A stretch of DNA of 64,000 nucleotides from Octopus sinensis (Eukaryota). Position numbers and translations under genes: made by a program. The notes beneath the pieces were generated by a model. It did no database searches. It had not been told where the DNA came from and saw only the letters and a program-made list of their open reading frames with translations. The stretch lies in the NCBI RefSeq assembly GCF_006345805.1, contig NC_042997.1, positions 16,120,001 to 16,184,000 on the forward strand, in the 5' to 3' direction. Of this stretch, positions 1 through 11,688 are shown one piece after another. Within the stretch, counting starts at the first letter, position 1, and each line of letters begins with the position of its first letter.

Positions 1-110
1 GTCGGTCACGTGATATATCATTATTGTATGTTATGATAGCGAAAGATTCTCTTAAATATAAACGAGTTTGGGTTAATATTTTTTGAGATATATAGAAATA
101 TATTTCAATA

Positions 111-519
111 GGCGCAGGAGTGGCTGTGTGGTAAGTAGCTTGCTAACCAACCACATGGTTCCGGGTTCAGTCCCACTGCGTGGCATTTTGGGCAAGTGTC
201 TTCTGCTATAGCCCCGGGCCGACCAATGCCTTGTGAGTGGATTTGGTAGACGGAAACTGAAAGAAGCCTGTCGTATGTATGTATATATATATATGTGTGT
301 GTGTTTGTGTGTCTGTGTTTGTCCCCCTAGCATTACTTGACAACCGATGCTGGTGTGTTTACGACCCCGTCACTTAGCGGTTCGGCAAAAGAGACCGATA
401 GAATAAGTACTAGGCTTACAAAGAATAAGTCCCGGGGTCGATTTGCTCGACTAATGGCGGTGCTCCAGCATGGCCGCAGTCAAATGACTGAAACAAGTAA
501 AAGAGAGTAAAAGAGAGTA
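111..519 (+). mobile_element. tRNA-derived SINE, family A
   Basis: A-box TGGCTGTGTGG, B-box-like GGTTCAGTCCC, central (TA/TG)n, 3' end GGCGGTGCTCCAGCATGGCCGCAGTCAAATGACTGAAACAAGT followed by an (AAAAGAG)n tail. More than 10 copies in the window. Confidence 0.9.
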
Positions 520-694
520 ATAGTTATAGCTTACACTTAATTATTTTGTCAGTTAAAATTTTGTTGTTGTTTTTTATTGTAATTGATATGTAATTGAATA
601 GTTAACGCTTACGCTCATAATACATAGGCATTTGAATTCATTTTTTACAATGCAGCCGTCCTTTCACACGCAATTTCGTCTATCTTTAAACTCT

Positions 695-771
695 GACTCT
701 GATGAGACTTATATATAAAGGAATTGTTTATATAAAAAAAAAATGTATATAAGTCGAAACAAGCTGTTGGC
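695..771 (+). ncRNA. Type I hammerhead ribozyme motif (PLE pseudo-LTR-like)
   Basis: CTGATGA 699-705; perfect 10-bp stem II GACTTATATA (706-715) / TATATAAGTC (746-755); GAA 756-758; stem III ACA/TGT; GUU triplet; weak stem I. Confidence 0.55.
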
Positions 772-843
772 ATTTTAATGTTTTTATAATTGTTTATGTT
801 ATCTTATATTATGTTATATTATAAATATTATGTTATATTATAA

Positions 844-2015
844 GATGCTGTTGACATCGTTTTACTGGACTTTGCCAAAGCTTTTGACTCGGTAAACCAC
901 CGCCTATTGCTTGTCAAGCTTCAAGCATATAGTTTCCATCCGGATATTGTACGATGGGTTGGTGCCTTCCTCTCAGATCGCTCCTTCCAAGTCCAAGTTA
1001 ATGGTTCGCGGTCCGACGTCTCCAGTGCGAGCAGTGGCGTGCCTCAAGGTTCAGTGCTTGGGCCCTTGTTGTTCTTAGTCTTCATAAATGACTTGCCCGA
1101 CGACCTCACGCAACACACCCCCTTCTATTTGCCGACGATATCAAACTGGTCGCTCCTCGCGGTAATATAGAGGATCTTCGTCGATGCCTCCACCAAATTG
1201 GAAGTGGTCTAACAATTGGGACCTGTGTCTGAACGTGTCAAAGTGCTGTCATCTGCCTGTCGGCTCTACTCCTGCAACTCAACTTGATTTCGAGCCGGTC
1301 GTCTGCTGCTGGAGAGGACCGATCAGGTAAAGGACCTAGGTATCTTGGTGGATTCCTCCTTTTCGCCTTCGGCCCAGTGCGTCCATGCTGCCAACAAAGC
1401 ACGCGGAATTCTGTTCTTGATTCGACGGTCATCGGAATGCTCACAGCAGCCATATTCCTACCACTCTATGTCACGCTGGTGAGACCCATATTGGAGTATG
1501 AGATTCAAGCCTCTTCTCCTTATCTCCTCAAAAACATTTAGCATCTCGAAAGAGTCCAGAAGCTGGCTGCCCGCATGGTTCATGGTCTCAAAAGTTTGTC
1601 CTACGAAGAAAGGCTGAGGACGCTCGACCTTTATTCTCTAGAAAAACGCCGCCGCCGTGGTGATCTCATTCTTGCCCACAACATCATAAGCGGAAAGTGT
1701 AACCTCTCGAATGAGCTGTTCTTCACTCCTGCTCCAGAGCGTCGGCTGCGGGGTCAGAGCTCTACCTGCGACGATTTCATCTCAATCGAAGGAGAGGAGC
1801 TTTCTCCGTCCGGGTTGCGGATCCGTGGAACAAGCTGCCAGACGAGATGGTGAAGATGCCGACGACCGCTTTGTTCAAAGCCTCCCTTGACCTCTCATTT
1901 GCCTGAACTCTTTACATGAACACCACCCTGTACTTAACTCCATGTCCCCCTACATGGCCTTGCTATTTGCTTTTGAGCCAAATTAACTAACTAACTAACT
2001 AAATAAATAAATAAA
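844..2015 (+). mobile_element. 5'-truncated CR1-clade LINE (RT plus C-terminal domain, frameshifted)
   Basis: Translated motifs LDFAKAFDSV, SGVPQGSVLGPLLFLVFINDL, LFADDIKL, KDLGILVD, LVRPILEY, YEERLRTLDLYSLEKRRRRGDLI; (CTAA)n/(AAAT)n tail at 1983-2015. Confidence 0.9.
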
Positions 2016-2149
2016 TAGATAATATTTGGATTGTCAATTGTATCTCTATTTAATTTTATATATATTGACAGCAGTGGTTATATTGGTGGTGATGGTATCT
2101 TTTGTTGCTATTGGTGGTTTATTAAACTTACCTTCATACGTTATATGTA

Positions 2150-2414
2150 TTCTTTTATTCTTTTATTTGTTTCAGCCATTTGACTGCGGCCATACTGGAG
2201 CACCGCCTTTAGTCGAACAAATCGACCCTAGGACTTATTCTTTGTTTAGCCTAGTACTTATTCTATCGGTTTCTTTTGTCGAACTGCTAAGTTACGAGCA
2301 CGCAAACACACCAACATAGGTTGTCAAGCAATGGTGTGGGGACAAGCACAGACATATACACACCACCAACACACACAACACACACACACACACACATACA
2401 CAAACACACCACAC

Positions 2415-2445
<31 letters not shown>

Positions 2446-2870
2446 CCACACACATATATATATATAGTTATATATATATATATTATATATATATATATAT
2501 ATGTATGTTATATAATGAGAATTTACAAAAAAAAAAACAAAAGACGAAACACGGTGTGTAACACAAACAGATGTATTAGTTTAACGCTCGGGAAGTGAGA
2601 AAGTCTTCTACGTTTCGAGCCTACGCTCTTCGACAGAAAGGAACACAGAAATAAGAGAAACGACAATACGAAAAAGCAGAAAGTACAAAAAAGTTTTGAA
2701 AAGTTCAAAAGCTTCAAACGTCGTGGTGTATTGGAGCGATTTCTCATCAAAGGAAGAATATATATATATATATATACGACAGGCTTCTTTCAGTTTCCGT
2801 CTACCAAATCCAATCACAAGACTTTGTTCAGCCTGAGCCTATCGTAGAAGACACTTGCCTAAGTTGTCAA
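2150..2870 (-). mobile_element. SINE family A, interrupted by microsatellites and a PLE-end fragment
   Basis: Reverse-complement 3' half at 2150-2350 and 5' part at 2770-2870. Confidence 0.75.
2520..2750 (-). mobile_element. PLE pseudo-LTR-like fragment with minimal HHR variant (2605-2640)
   Basis: Shares TACGTTTCGAGCCTACGCTCTTC-ACAGAAAG with 7047-7084 and 35762-35797. Minus strand reads CTTT-CTGTCGA-A-GAGC-GTAG-GCTC-GAAACGTA-GAAG. Confidence 0.55.
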
Positions 2871-2872
2871 GC

Positions 2873-2907
<35 letters not shown>

Positions 2908-2988
2908 TATATATATTATTATAGTTAAAGTTAATCCAAACAAGAAAACACAGAAAAAAACACAGTAACGCGAGGACGTGGAACAATT

Positions 2989-3041
<53 letters not shown>

Positions 3042-3085
3042 CATATACATAGATTAATACATTTCATATATATATATACATATAT

Positions 3086-3428
3086 ATGGCCGGATGGATT
3101 CTTAGAACCTTTAGAACACGAGAACAAGAGACCATGGTGGTCCTCTGGAAGACACTTGTCCTAAGCCATTTTGACTATTGCTCTCAGCTATGGTCACCAT
3201 CCAGTGTCAAGTTGATCACAGAACTTGAGGCGATCCAACGAAGCTACACGAAGAAGATAGCCTCTGTGCAGCATATAAGCTACTGGGAAAGACTCAAGAG
3301 ATTAAAACTCTATTCCTTGGAGCGTAGACGAGAAAGATATGCCATAATATACAAATGGAAGATCCTGGAAGGACTTGTCCCAAACTTTGGCATCGAGAGT
3401 CACACAAATGCCAGAACCGGGCGCCACA
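3086..3428 (+). mobile_element. CR1-like LINE ORF2 C-terminal fragment
   Basis: GWILRTF..LVLSHFDYCSQLWSP..LEAIQRSYTK..YWERLKRLKLYSLERRRERYAIIY is a typical CR1 C-terminus. Confidence 0.85.
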
Positions 3429-3429
3429 T

Positions 3430-3670
3430 ATGTATGTATGTATATGTCTGTGCCTGTCATATATGTCTGTGTTTGTCCCCCCACCATCGCTTGGCAACCG
3501 ATGTTGGTGTGTTTACGTCCCCGTAACATAGCGGTTCGGCAAAAGAGACCGATAAAATAATTACTAGGCTTACAAAGAATAAGTCCTAGGGTCGATTTGC
3601 TCGACTAAAGGCGGTGCTCCAATACGGCCGCAGTAAAATTACTGAATCAAAAAAAAAAGAAGAAAAGAAT
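3430..3670 (+). mobile_element. SINE family A, 3' half
   Basis: Matches 280-519. Confidence 0.8.
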
Positions 3671-4304
3671 ATATACAACATATAAAGGTAAGTTTTATAA
3701 ACCACCAATAGCAACAAAAGATACCATCACCACTAACATAACCACTGCTGTCAATAGCACCTTCACCATGACAAGCACAACAACAAGATACACCTATTTG
3801 CAACTCCACTACACGCCAGAAATACCATGACTACGACCGCTAACATCATTAATACAAATGGCATCAACAACGTATCAAGAACAAACATACCTTAAGCAAA
3901 TATAATGAAAACACTTGACAAGAAAATCAATTCCTGCCGTATTTGTTACTGTCTGTTGTTGTTGTTGTTGTGTTTTTGTTACTGCGTCACATGATGTCTC
4001 TAGACTGTATCTATCGTTGTTAATGTGGTTGTTATTGTGTCACGTGGTCGCTAGATTTATCAGTTGTTATTATTGCCATTGTTGTTACTACTGTGACATG
4101 TGATGTCTCGAGACTGTAGCTGTCGTTTTCGTTCTTACTATGCCATGTGATCTCTACTGGCTGTACATAACCGTGTCTCTGTTGTTGTTACTGTATCATG
4201 TGATGTTTCAACGCATGCATGCATACATACATACATACATACATACTACATACATACATATATACATATATACATACATGCATACACACACACACATATA
4301 TATA

Positions 4305-4818
4305 TCTATATATATAAAACTGTAGTTGTGTGAGTGTCTGTCCCCTTCGATTTAGATTCCTAACTACTCCCACATTTTGCGGTGCATTTTAACCAAATTC
4401 GGGTATCTTATAGTCGTGATTCATATCGAGCCCGTCTGAGTATTAGCGCGCGTCTACGATGAGTCTACGATTTTAAAATAATTAACATAATTTTTTATTC
4501 CATTTTAATGCATAATATTTCGTGTGTCGATGGCGGCGGAGTTGGCGTCCATGGTCACACCTGCACCTGTTTTTTTTGCTTCTCCCCCTTCTTCCCTCCC
4601 TCGTGAAGCTGTGGGGAAGGGAGTGTAAGGAAATCAACGTCGTAAAGCGTTGTCAAGGAGACCAGCGTTCTTTTAGAACAACGACTTCATGGCTTGAAGA
4701 CACCAAAACAGAAATGGCTAAGAAAGTCCGAATTGCATCTATAAGGGAGTAACTCTCTAAAAATGCTTATATAGTTATTTCCCTTACAAACCCGAGCAAC
4801 GCCGGGCGATACTGCTAG
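4305..4818 (+). mobile_element. Non-autonomous Helitron
   Basis: A|TC 5' end; subterminal hairpin CCCGAGCAACGCCGGG; CTAG|T 3' end; no target duplication. Related copy at 16619-17026. Confidence 0.85.
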
Positions 4819-4826
4819 TATATGTA

Positions 4827-4893
<67 letters not shown>

Positions 4894-5130
4894 TATAAAT
4901 ATATATATATATATAAATAGATGAGTGTATTTTTACCTTGTTAACAATTAACACGGAAAAAATAAATAAATAGTTACCAGGGCAGCAAAAATCTCACAAA
5001 AACAGTGTCGAAAGTAGGAATATTTGATTACACCTGCGTTAACTCCATTTATATATATATATATATATATAATTAGTGAATGGAAGAAATGGAGGTTGAA
5101 CGAAGATTGTACAGAATTCCTTTTATTACA

Positions 5131-5209
5131 TTCTACACATGTTTCAAAGGCCACAATTTTCCAATTCTGATTAAATAAGGATACCAATTGCAGCTTTTCT
5201 CTTCAGGAA
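5131..5209 (-). ncRNA. Type I hammerhead ribozyme motif
   Basis: TTC-CTGAAGA-GAAAAG...CCTTT-GAA-AC-ATGT-GT-A-GAA; 3-bp stem I, G.U at the base of stem II. Confidence 0.6.
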
Positions 5210-5293
5210 AAACCAGGAATTACGTTGTCAGAACAAAACAAACAGAGGCGCAGCGAAGCAATTCGAACGCTTTGCTTTGCTGCGCCTCTGTTT

Positions 5294-5371
5294 TTCCTGA
5301 AGAGAAAGTTGCAATATTGTATCCTTATTAATCAGAATTTGGAAATTGTTGGCCTTTGAAACTGTGTAGAA
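5294..5371 (+). ncRNA. Type I hammerhead ribozyme motif
   Basis: TTC-CTGAAGA-GAAAG...CTTT-GAA-AC-TGT-GT-A-GAA; homologous to 59303-59383. Confidence 0.6.
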
Positions 5372-5585
5372 TGTAATAAAGGAATTCTGTACAATCTTCG
5401 TTCAACTCCATTTCTTCCATTCACTAATTATATTAAACTTCAATTATCCGCACCAACGCACGGTTTGCAATACCATATGGTCTTATCTCCAACCGTGTTT
5501 TTTCTGCTGTGATTTTTGCTACCCAGGTATCGGTTAAACTTTTGAATAATCCGTAACAAGATAATTTATCTTTCCATTTCAACAA

Positions 5586-5626
<41 letters not shown>

Positions 5627-5799
5627 TCTGTTATTGCTATGTCATATCATGTCCCTACATTGTATCTGTCTGTCGGTCTGTTTACCTGTCTCTGTTGCTG
5701 TGGTTGTTGTTGGTGTTACTACTGTTTTATGTGATGTCCCTAGACAGGATCTGTTGTTGCTGTTACTGTAATCAAGTGAATTCACTTTATTTATCGTGT

Positions 5800-6050
5800 T
5801 ATCTCAAAACCCCTCTCATTGCAACCTCACATTCTCGATGTAGTTAAGAGTACATCTCAAAGACTGCCCCTTCTCTTCAGAGTTACAAAATACCTTCATC
5901 GCTTTGCAATTGCCCTCTAAAAAGCTAAAGTGAAACCTACATCAGAATACTGTCCAGCGCTGGATTAGCCATTAAGCAAAATAAGCACGTGTCTAGGGCA
6001 TCAAAGGAAGGGAGTTACCACAGAAATTGTAAATGGTTTACGGCACAAAA
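5800..6050 (+). mobile_element. Degenerate LINE ORF2 C-terminal fragment (Jockey/CR1 group)
   Basis: HILDVVKSTSQRLPLLFRVTKYL...KAKVKPTSEYC resembles the recalled motif HISSIAKSASxKLGxLFRxxxYF...KAQIRPxxEYC. Confidence 0.5.
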
Positions 6051-7046
6051 TAAATCTCTTTAAACTTGTTAAAATAATATTCGAAGTGGTTTGTATGATC
6101 GGAAAAATTTGTTTTATGGTTTGTTATTACTTATATTTTGAATTGCATATATACGGGGGAACCAAAACCTTTTAAATGCTCAGGGCCGCTATGGGTCTTA
6201 AACCAACCCTGGTACTGACCCACAACTGGGAATCTGTTACTGCTGCGCACAATGACATCCTAGACCACACTCGACTACTGGGTAAAATGTCATTCACAGA
6301 CACACATTAGCCGTGTTTTCTTCTCTTACTGTCTTTTCCGCTCCTAGTACAATAGCCTTTGCTCCTAAAGTTGAGGGTCTTCTTCAACCCCCATTTAGGC
6401 AATCCCTACTCATCTTTCCTCCCCTCAATACCTACATTGTATTTACACTGTCGAAGGCCATAAACTTTATATTCTGTCTTTCGTACCCAGTAAATCGGTC
6501 GTCCATAATTCCCAACTCTCTATTCATGGCTTGAAGCAGTCCGCGTGCAACATTAAATGGAACATGAACGGCCTAAATCTCACTAGTCTCCGTGGGCAGA
6601 TCTGGGCCATGGAATTACCTCTTTTGTTGCATGTTAAAAAAAAATACTCAGACAAAGGCGAACATAACTTGCCATTGGGCCTCTGCATCTAATGGATTCT
6701 GTAAAAACACTGTCATAACATACGGCAGAGCCAAGAGCACGTATGTTTGAAAAGATTAATCGAAAGCGCTCACGCACACACACATGGAATAAACGAAAAA
6801 GTTAGTGATGTTCTGTATAAGATTTTTATAACTGTTTTTAAAAAACAAAATATCTTAAAAACTGTATTAAGTAATTTTCACAAAGACTTTCAAATATGTG
6901 TAATATATATATATATATATAATATATATATATATGTATATAATATATAACGGGAAGCTTTATGAAAAATAACAAAAGACGAAGGCAGGTGGAGTACAAA
7001 CAAACAATTGTATTAGTATGGCGATCAGGATATAAATAAAACAACG

Positions 7047-7084
7047 TCTTTTACGTTTCGAGCCTACGCTCTTCAACAGAAAGA
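7047..7084 (-). ncRNA. Minimal hammerhead variant (A6U core)
   Basis: TCTTT-CTGTTGA-A-GAGC-GTAG-GCTC-GAA-ACGT-A-AAAGA; perfect 5-bp stem I and 4-bp stem II. Confidence 0.55.
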
Positions 7085-7262
7085 TACACAGGAAAGAAAC
7101 ACGGAGAGAACAAGGAGAGAAAAATGCGTGCAGAAGCTAGCGATTCAACATATATATATATATATATATATATTTTTAATCCAAACGGGAACAAAAAAAC
7201 AACAACAATGGAACAATTACAGTATTATTATTAATAGGCGCTCAGGAAAAAGAAGCAGGGAG

Positions 7263-7297
7263 GTATGACGTTTCGAGCGGAGCTCTTCGTCGGAAAC
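7263..7297 (-). ncRNA. Degenerate minimal hammerhead (U4C core)
   Basis: CCGACGA-A-GAGC-TCC-GCTC-GAA-ACGT-C; poor stem I. Confidence 0.3.
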
Positions 7298-7307
7298 ATA
7301 AAGAAGA

Positions 7308-7388
<81 letters not shown>

Positions 7389-7764
7389 CCAAAGTACTGT
7401 GATAGAACTCCCATAGAACCTTTGCTTTGCTTCACTTTCATATAAATCACAAGAGATAAAGTTACTCCTTCATAGGTCGTCAGTCAAACGCCCGTAATAT
7501 TCTCAAACAACTCTTCCCATTAGCTAGATGAACTAAACCATTTCTTTCACACGGTAAAGTTAATCCGGTAACAGGTTTGTTTATATAAATACAATGCGGA
7601 ATTAATTTTAACTTAATTTTTATTTTTCCCCTGTGCTTTTTACATTGAACTTTGGCTGCATTTTTTCTAACCACCAAGAAAAACAAAAAGATGGAAACAA
7701 TCCTGCTACCAAAAAAAAAAAAAAAAAGACAAAACAAAAAGGACTCGACACTGATAAATAGCAT

Positions 7765-8158
7765 TTCTACCCAAGGGTTGTGTGGCTAAGAAATTCGCTT
7801 TGCAACCACGTGGTTTCAAGTTCAATCTTAATGTGTGGTACCTTGGAGATGTGTCTTCTACTATAGCCCCTGGCCGACCAGTGCCTTGTGTAAATTTGAT
7901 CCAGAAACTGAAAGAAGCCCGTCGTATGTGTGTATGTATATGTTTAAGTGTCTGTGTTTGTCCCCCCCCCAACATCGCTTGACAACCGATGCTGGTGTGC
8001 TTAAGTCCCCATCACTTAGCGGCTCGGCAAGAGAGACCGATAGAATAAGTACTAGGCTTACAAAGAATAAGCCCTGGGGATCGATTTGCTCGACTAAAGG
8101 CAGCGCCACAGCATGGCCACAGTCAAATGACTGAAACAAATAAAAGAATAAAAGAAAA
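7765..8158 (+). mobile_element. SINE family A
   Basis: Full-length diverged match to 111-519. Confidence 0.85.
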
Positions 8159-8256
8159 TAATCAGATGGTAAGTTTTCACCACGTGAATAGTTTTGTTTT
8201 TTGACGTTAGATTTATTTCTGTCAACGTCAAACAATTTAATACATTTATATCCATA

Positions 8257-8627
8257 CTAGCAGTATCGCCCGGCGTTGCTCCGGTTTGTAAGGGAAATAA
8301 CTATAAAGCATTTTTAGAGAGTTATAGCCAAAAAATGGAAAAAAAATGATGGTTTTTTTTTTTTTAGTTAAAAAAGTCGAGTTGCGCCCCCTAGACAGTC
8401 TGTGGTTTGTGTTTCTGATTCTCGACCCCATGTCGAATTTATCGATTTTTTTCAGAACTGGGGGAACTTTTCAAAATTTTCGCTGAGTTAGTTTTGAATT
8501 ATGACATTGGGCTATGTGTGTGTCAAGTTTCATCAGAATCGGTTGAAAGCCGTGGTCAGGGTGAGGGTACAACCTAACAGACACACAGAAACACACACAG
8601 ACAAACTGCCGTTTATATATAGAGAGA
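8257..8627 (-). mobile_element. Non-autonomous Helitron (second subfamily)
   Basis: Minus strand A|TC...CTAG|T, same roughly 70-bp 3' end as 4305-4818 but a different 5' body. Near-identical to 29129-29513. Confidence 0.85.
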
Positions 8628-8834
8628 TTGAAAGCTTCCCTGCTAAAGGTTAGTAAGGCACTCTATAAAGAAGGCCATATTTTTATATACAGTGATAAGG
8701 TCCCTTTTCAGTTGTTTAGTATCATGTAGTTTCCTTCTCTCACAAAATGAAGTCTATCAATAGTTATAACGTATGTTTTCGATGTATCGCAAGGGCAATA
8801 ATTATTTCGGATTACTTTTAAGGAGAGTGTATTT

Positions 8835-8985
8835 TGGTTGTCCAGGATAGGACTACACAGCCACAGCAGGAAATGTATCAGGACATGAAATATAAAAGCC
8901 GGACTAGGCTACAAAAAAAAAAAAAATGCGCAACTCCATTGTCTCCCGAGACAGAAAGGATGCCAATACAATACAATACAATATG
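8835..8985 (+). mobile_element. RTE-like LINE extreme 3' end
   Basis: CCATTGTCTCCCGAGACAGAAAGGATGCC followed by (AATAC)n; resembles the 3' end at 62605-62640. Confidence 0.4.
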
Positions 8986-9198
8986 TACACACACACACAT
9001 ACACACACCACACACATGACATGACATAAAATTGCTCGACCGGTTGAATAAACCGTTAGGCGAAACTTTCTTTAGAGGAAGAGAGGTGATTTGACAATTC
9101 AGCATTAATTTAAGATTGAAAAACTAAAACAGGTCCATATAATACGCTATTCGAACCACGTAACTATTGTTCGCTGATTGATTTACGAGAACGACACA

Positions 9199-9252
<54 letters not shown>

Positions 9253-9619
9253 ACACACACACACACACCTCCCACACGCGCAAACAAACACATGCGCCCA
9301 AACACACACAGACGAATGTTCTCAGACATACATACGGAATAAATAAAATTGTTATGCATATATAAAATTCTTTGTTCTTACTATAAACCTGCAATAAAAA
9401 TATCGTAATAAACCACGCATCAAAGTTGTGTGGTTAATTCTAGTTTTTGATGCACAGATAGAATTTTTAGTTTTATTCATGCATCGAACAAAGATGAATT
9501 TAACAGTTTCGTTATATGCTTATGGTGAGTGGCACCTTTTATGTTTTATAACGATATATCTGTATCTATACATATACACACACGCGCACACAGACACACA
9601 GACACAGACACACATATAT

Positions 9620-9656
<37 letters not shown>

Positions 9657-9733
9657 GGAGACAAAATAATCAAAATAATTGTCTACATTGTTTATATAAA
9701 CTGAAGTGGAGAGTCTATAATTGTTTTATGTGA

Positions 9734-9774
<41 letters not shown>

Positions 9775-10419
9775 TGTTTTGAGTTATCATTATAGGTTAT
9801 GTGTTGAGATATCAAAGTAGATATTTATATAAAAATATAAGTGAATATATAATAAAATGGAAAACAAATGAGTGGAAATAAATTAATTTGATAACTAAAA
9901 AGTGTTTATGTTTATGAATTTGACAGGGTTTTTTTTATTCGTGTCTGATAATGAAAAGTGATAGGTTTAAGATGACGTATTTTATTTAAATATATGTATG
10001 TGGCTGTCGGTCTATAATGAAATTAAACAAATAACAAGATGTTATTTATACTTCATTGTTATTTATAAATGCTAAAATTAACAAGGACTGAAATATATAT
10101 ATATATATGTATCATTGTGGGTGTTAATTCAACAGATCTGTTTACATATAGCTGTGACAAATTGATATGTTTGCAATGATAAGTTGTAATTAATGTGAAG
10201 AGTTGGCGTGCAATAGAATTTTGTTTCATGTGCTACAAGTAGATCTCATACAAGTAGATCGTATAATCAAGCAATTAACGGGATTCCACAGTCATATGAA
10301 TGAATTAAGATTGCTCTTTAGTATAGTCGTATTAGAATATAGTACCTTAATGACATTTTTGGGGTAGCTGTTGATTACATCTGTAATATCCTTCTTACTA
10401 AAGGTACAAGGCCTGAAAA

Positions 10420-11005
10420 GCGGCGAGCTGGCAGAAACGTTAGCACGCCGAGCGAAATGCGTATCCGTATTTCGTCTGCCGTTACGTTCTGAGTTCAAAT
10501 TTCGCCGAGGTCGACATTGCCTTTCATCGTTTGTCCCCTCTATGGGCAGTTGTCCCTTGTGGGCAGTAAAGAAATAAGAAACGTTAGCACGCCGGGCGAG
10601 ATGCGTATCCGTATTTCGTCTGCCGTTACGTTCTGAGTTCAAATTTCGCCGACGTCGACATTGCCTTTCATCCTTTCGGGGTCGATAAATTAAGTACCAG
10701 TTACGCACTGGCATCGATATAATCGACTTAATCCGTTTGTCTGCCCTTGTTTGTCCCCTCTATGTTTAGCCCCTTGTGGGCAGTAAAGAAATAAGAAACG
10801 TTAGCACGCCGGGCGAGATGCGTATTTCGTCTGCCGTTACGTTCTGAGTTCAAATTTCGCCGAGGTCGACTTTGCCTTTCATCCTTTCAGGTTTGATAAA
10901 TTAAGTACCAGTTACGCACTGGAGTCGATATAATCGACTTAATCCGTTTGTCTGTCCTTGTTTGTCCTCTCTGTGTTTAAGCCCCTTGTGGGCAGTAAAG
11001 AAATA
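10420..11005 (+). mobile_element. tRNA-derived SINE family B, three partly deleted tandem units
   Basis: A-box GAGCTGGCAGAAACG, B-box GAGTTCAAATT, body GTCGACTTTGCCTTTCATCCTTTCGGGGTCGATAAATTAAGTACCAG repeated. Confidence 0.85.
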
Positions 11006-11305
11006 GGTACAAGGCCTGAATTCTTTTTCTTTGATGATGGTGGGGCGCTACTCGATTACATCCCGGTGTTCAACTGAGTCTTATTTCAACGACCCCGAAA
11101 GGATGAAAGGAAAAGTCGACCTCGGTGGAATTCGAACTAAGAACGGACGAAATGCGGCTAATTTTTTTGTTCGGTTGTCTAACTATTTTGCCAGATCGTT
11201 GCCGTCTCCTACATGTGTAGTATCATCCACAGAAATGAGACACAATCGACTCTTTCACTCGCGTCTTGGTTTAAGGACTTCATTACTTCTTATTAATTCA
11301 GTAGT

Positions 11306-11688
11306 GGAGGCGCAATGGCCCAGTGGTTAGGGCAGCGGACTCGCGGTCATAGGATCGCGGTTTCGATTCCCAGACCGGGCGTTGTGAGTGTTTATTGAGC
11401 GAAAACACCTAAAAGCTCCACGAGGCTCCGGCAAGGGATGGTGGTGATCTCTGCCGTACTCTTTCACCACAACTTTCTCTCACTCTTACTTCCTGTTTCT
11501 GTTGTACCTGTATTTCAAGGGGCCGGCCTTGTCACTCTCTGTGTCACGCTGAATATCCCCGAGAACTACGTTAAGGGTGCACGTGTCTGTGGAGTGCTCA
11601 GCCACTTACACGTTAATTTCACGAGCAGGCTGTTCCGTTGATTCGGATCAACCGGAACCCTCATCGTCGTAACCGACGGGGTGCTTCC
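11306..11688 (+). mobile_element. tRNA(Arg-like)-derived SINE family C
   Basis: Head GGCGCAATGGCCCAGTGGTTAGGGCAGCGGACTCGCGGTC...GGTTTCGATTCCC; 13-bp target duplication TTAATTCA(G/A)TAGT at 11293-11305 and 11696-11708. Confidence 0.9.

Larger units (their letters stand above)
5067..5433. repeat. Long imperfect palindrome (inverted PLE pseudo-LTR duplication)
   Basis: 5071-5212 is the reverse complement of 5292-5429; inner 21-bp arms at 5240-5260 and 5273-5293. Confidence 0.9.

Noticed and set aside
11306-11385. tRNA-Arg gene
   Set aside because: No proper acceptor stem, and it continues into a 300-bp SINE body with target duplications.
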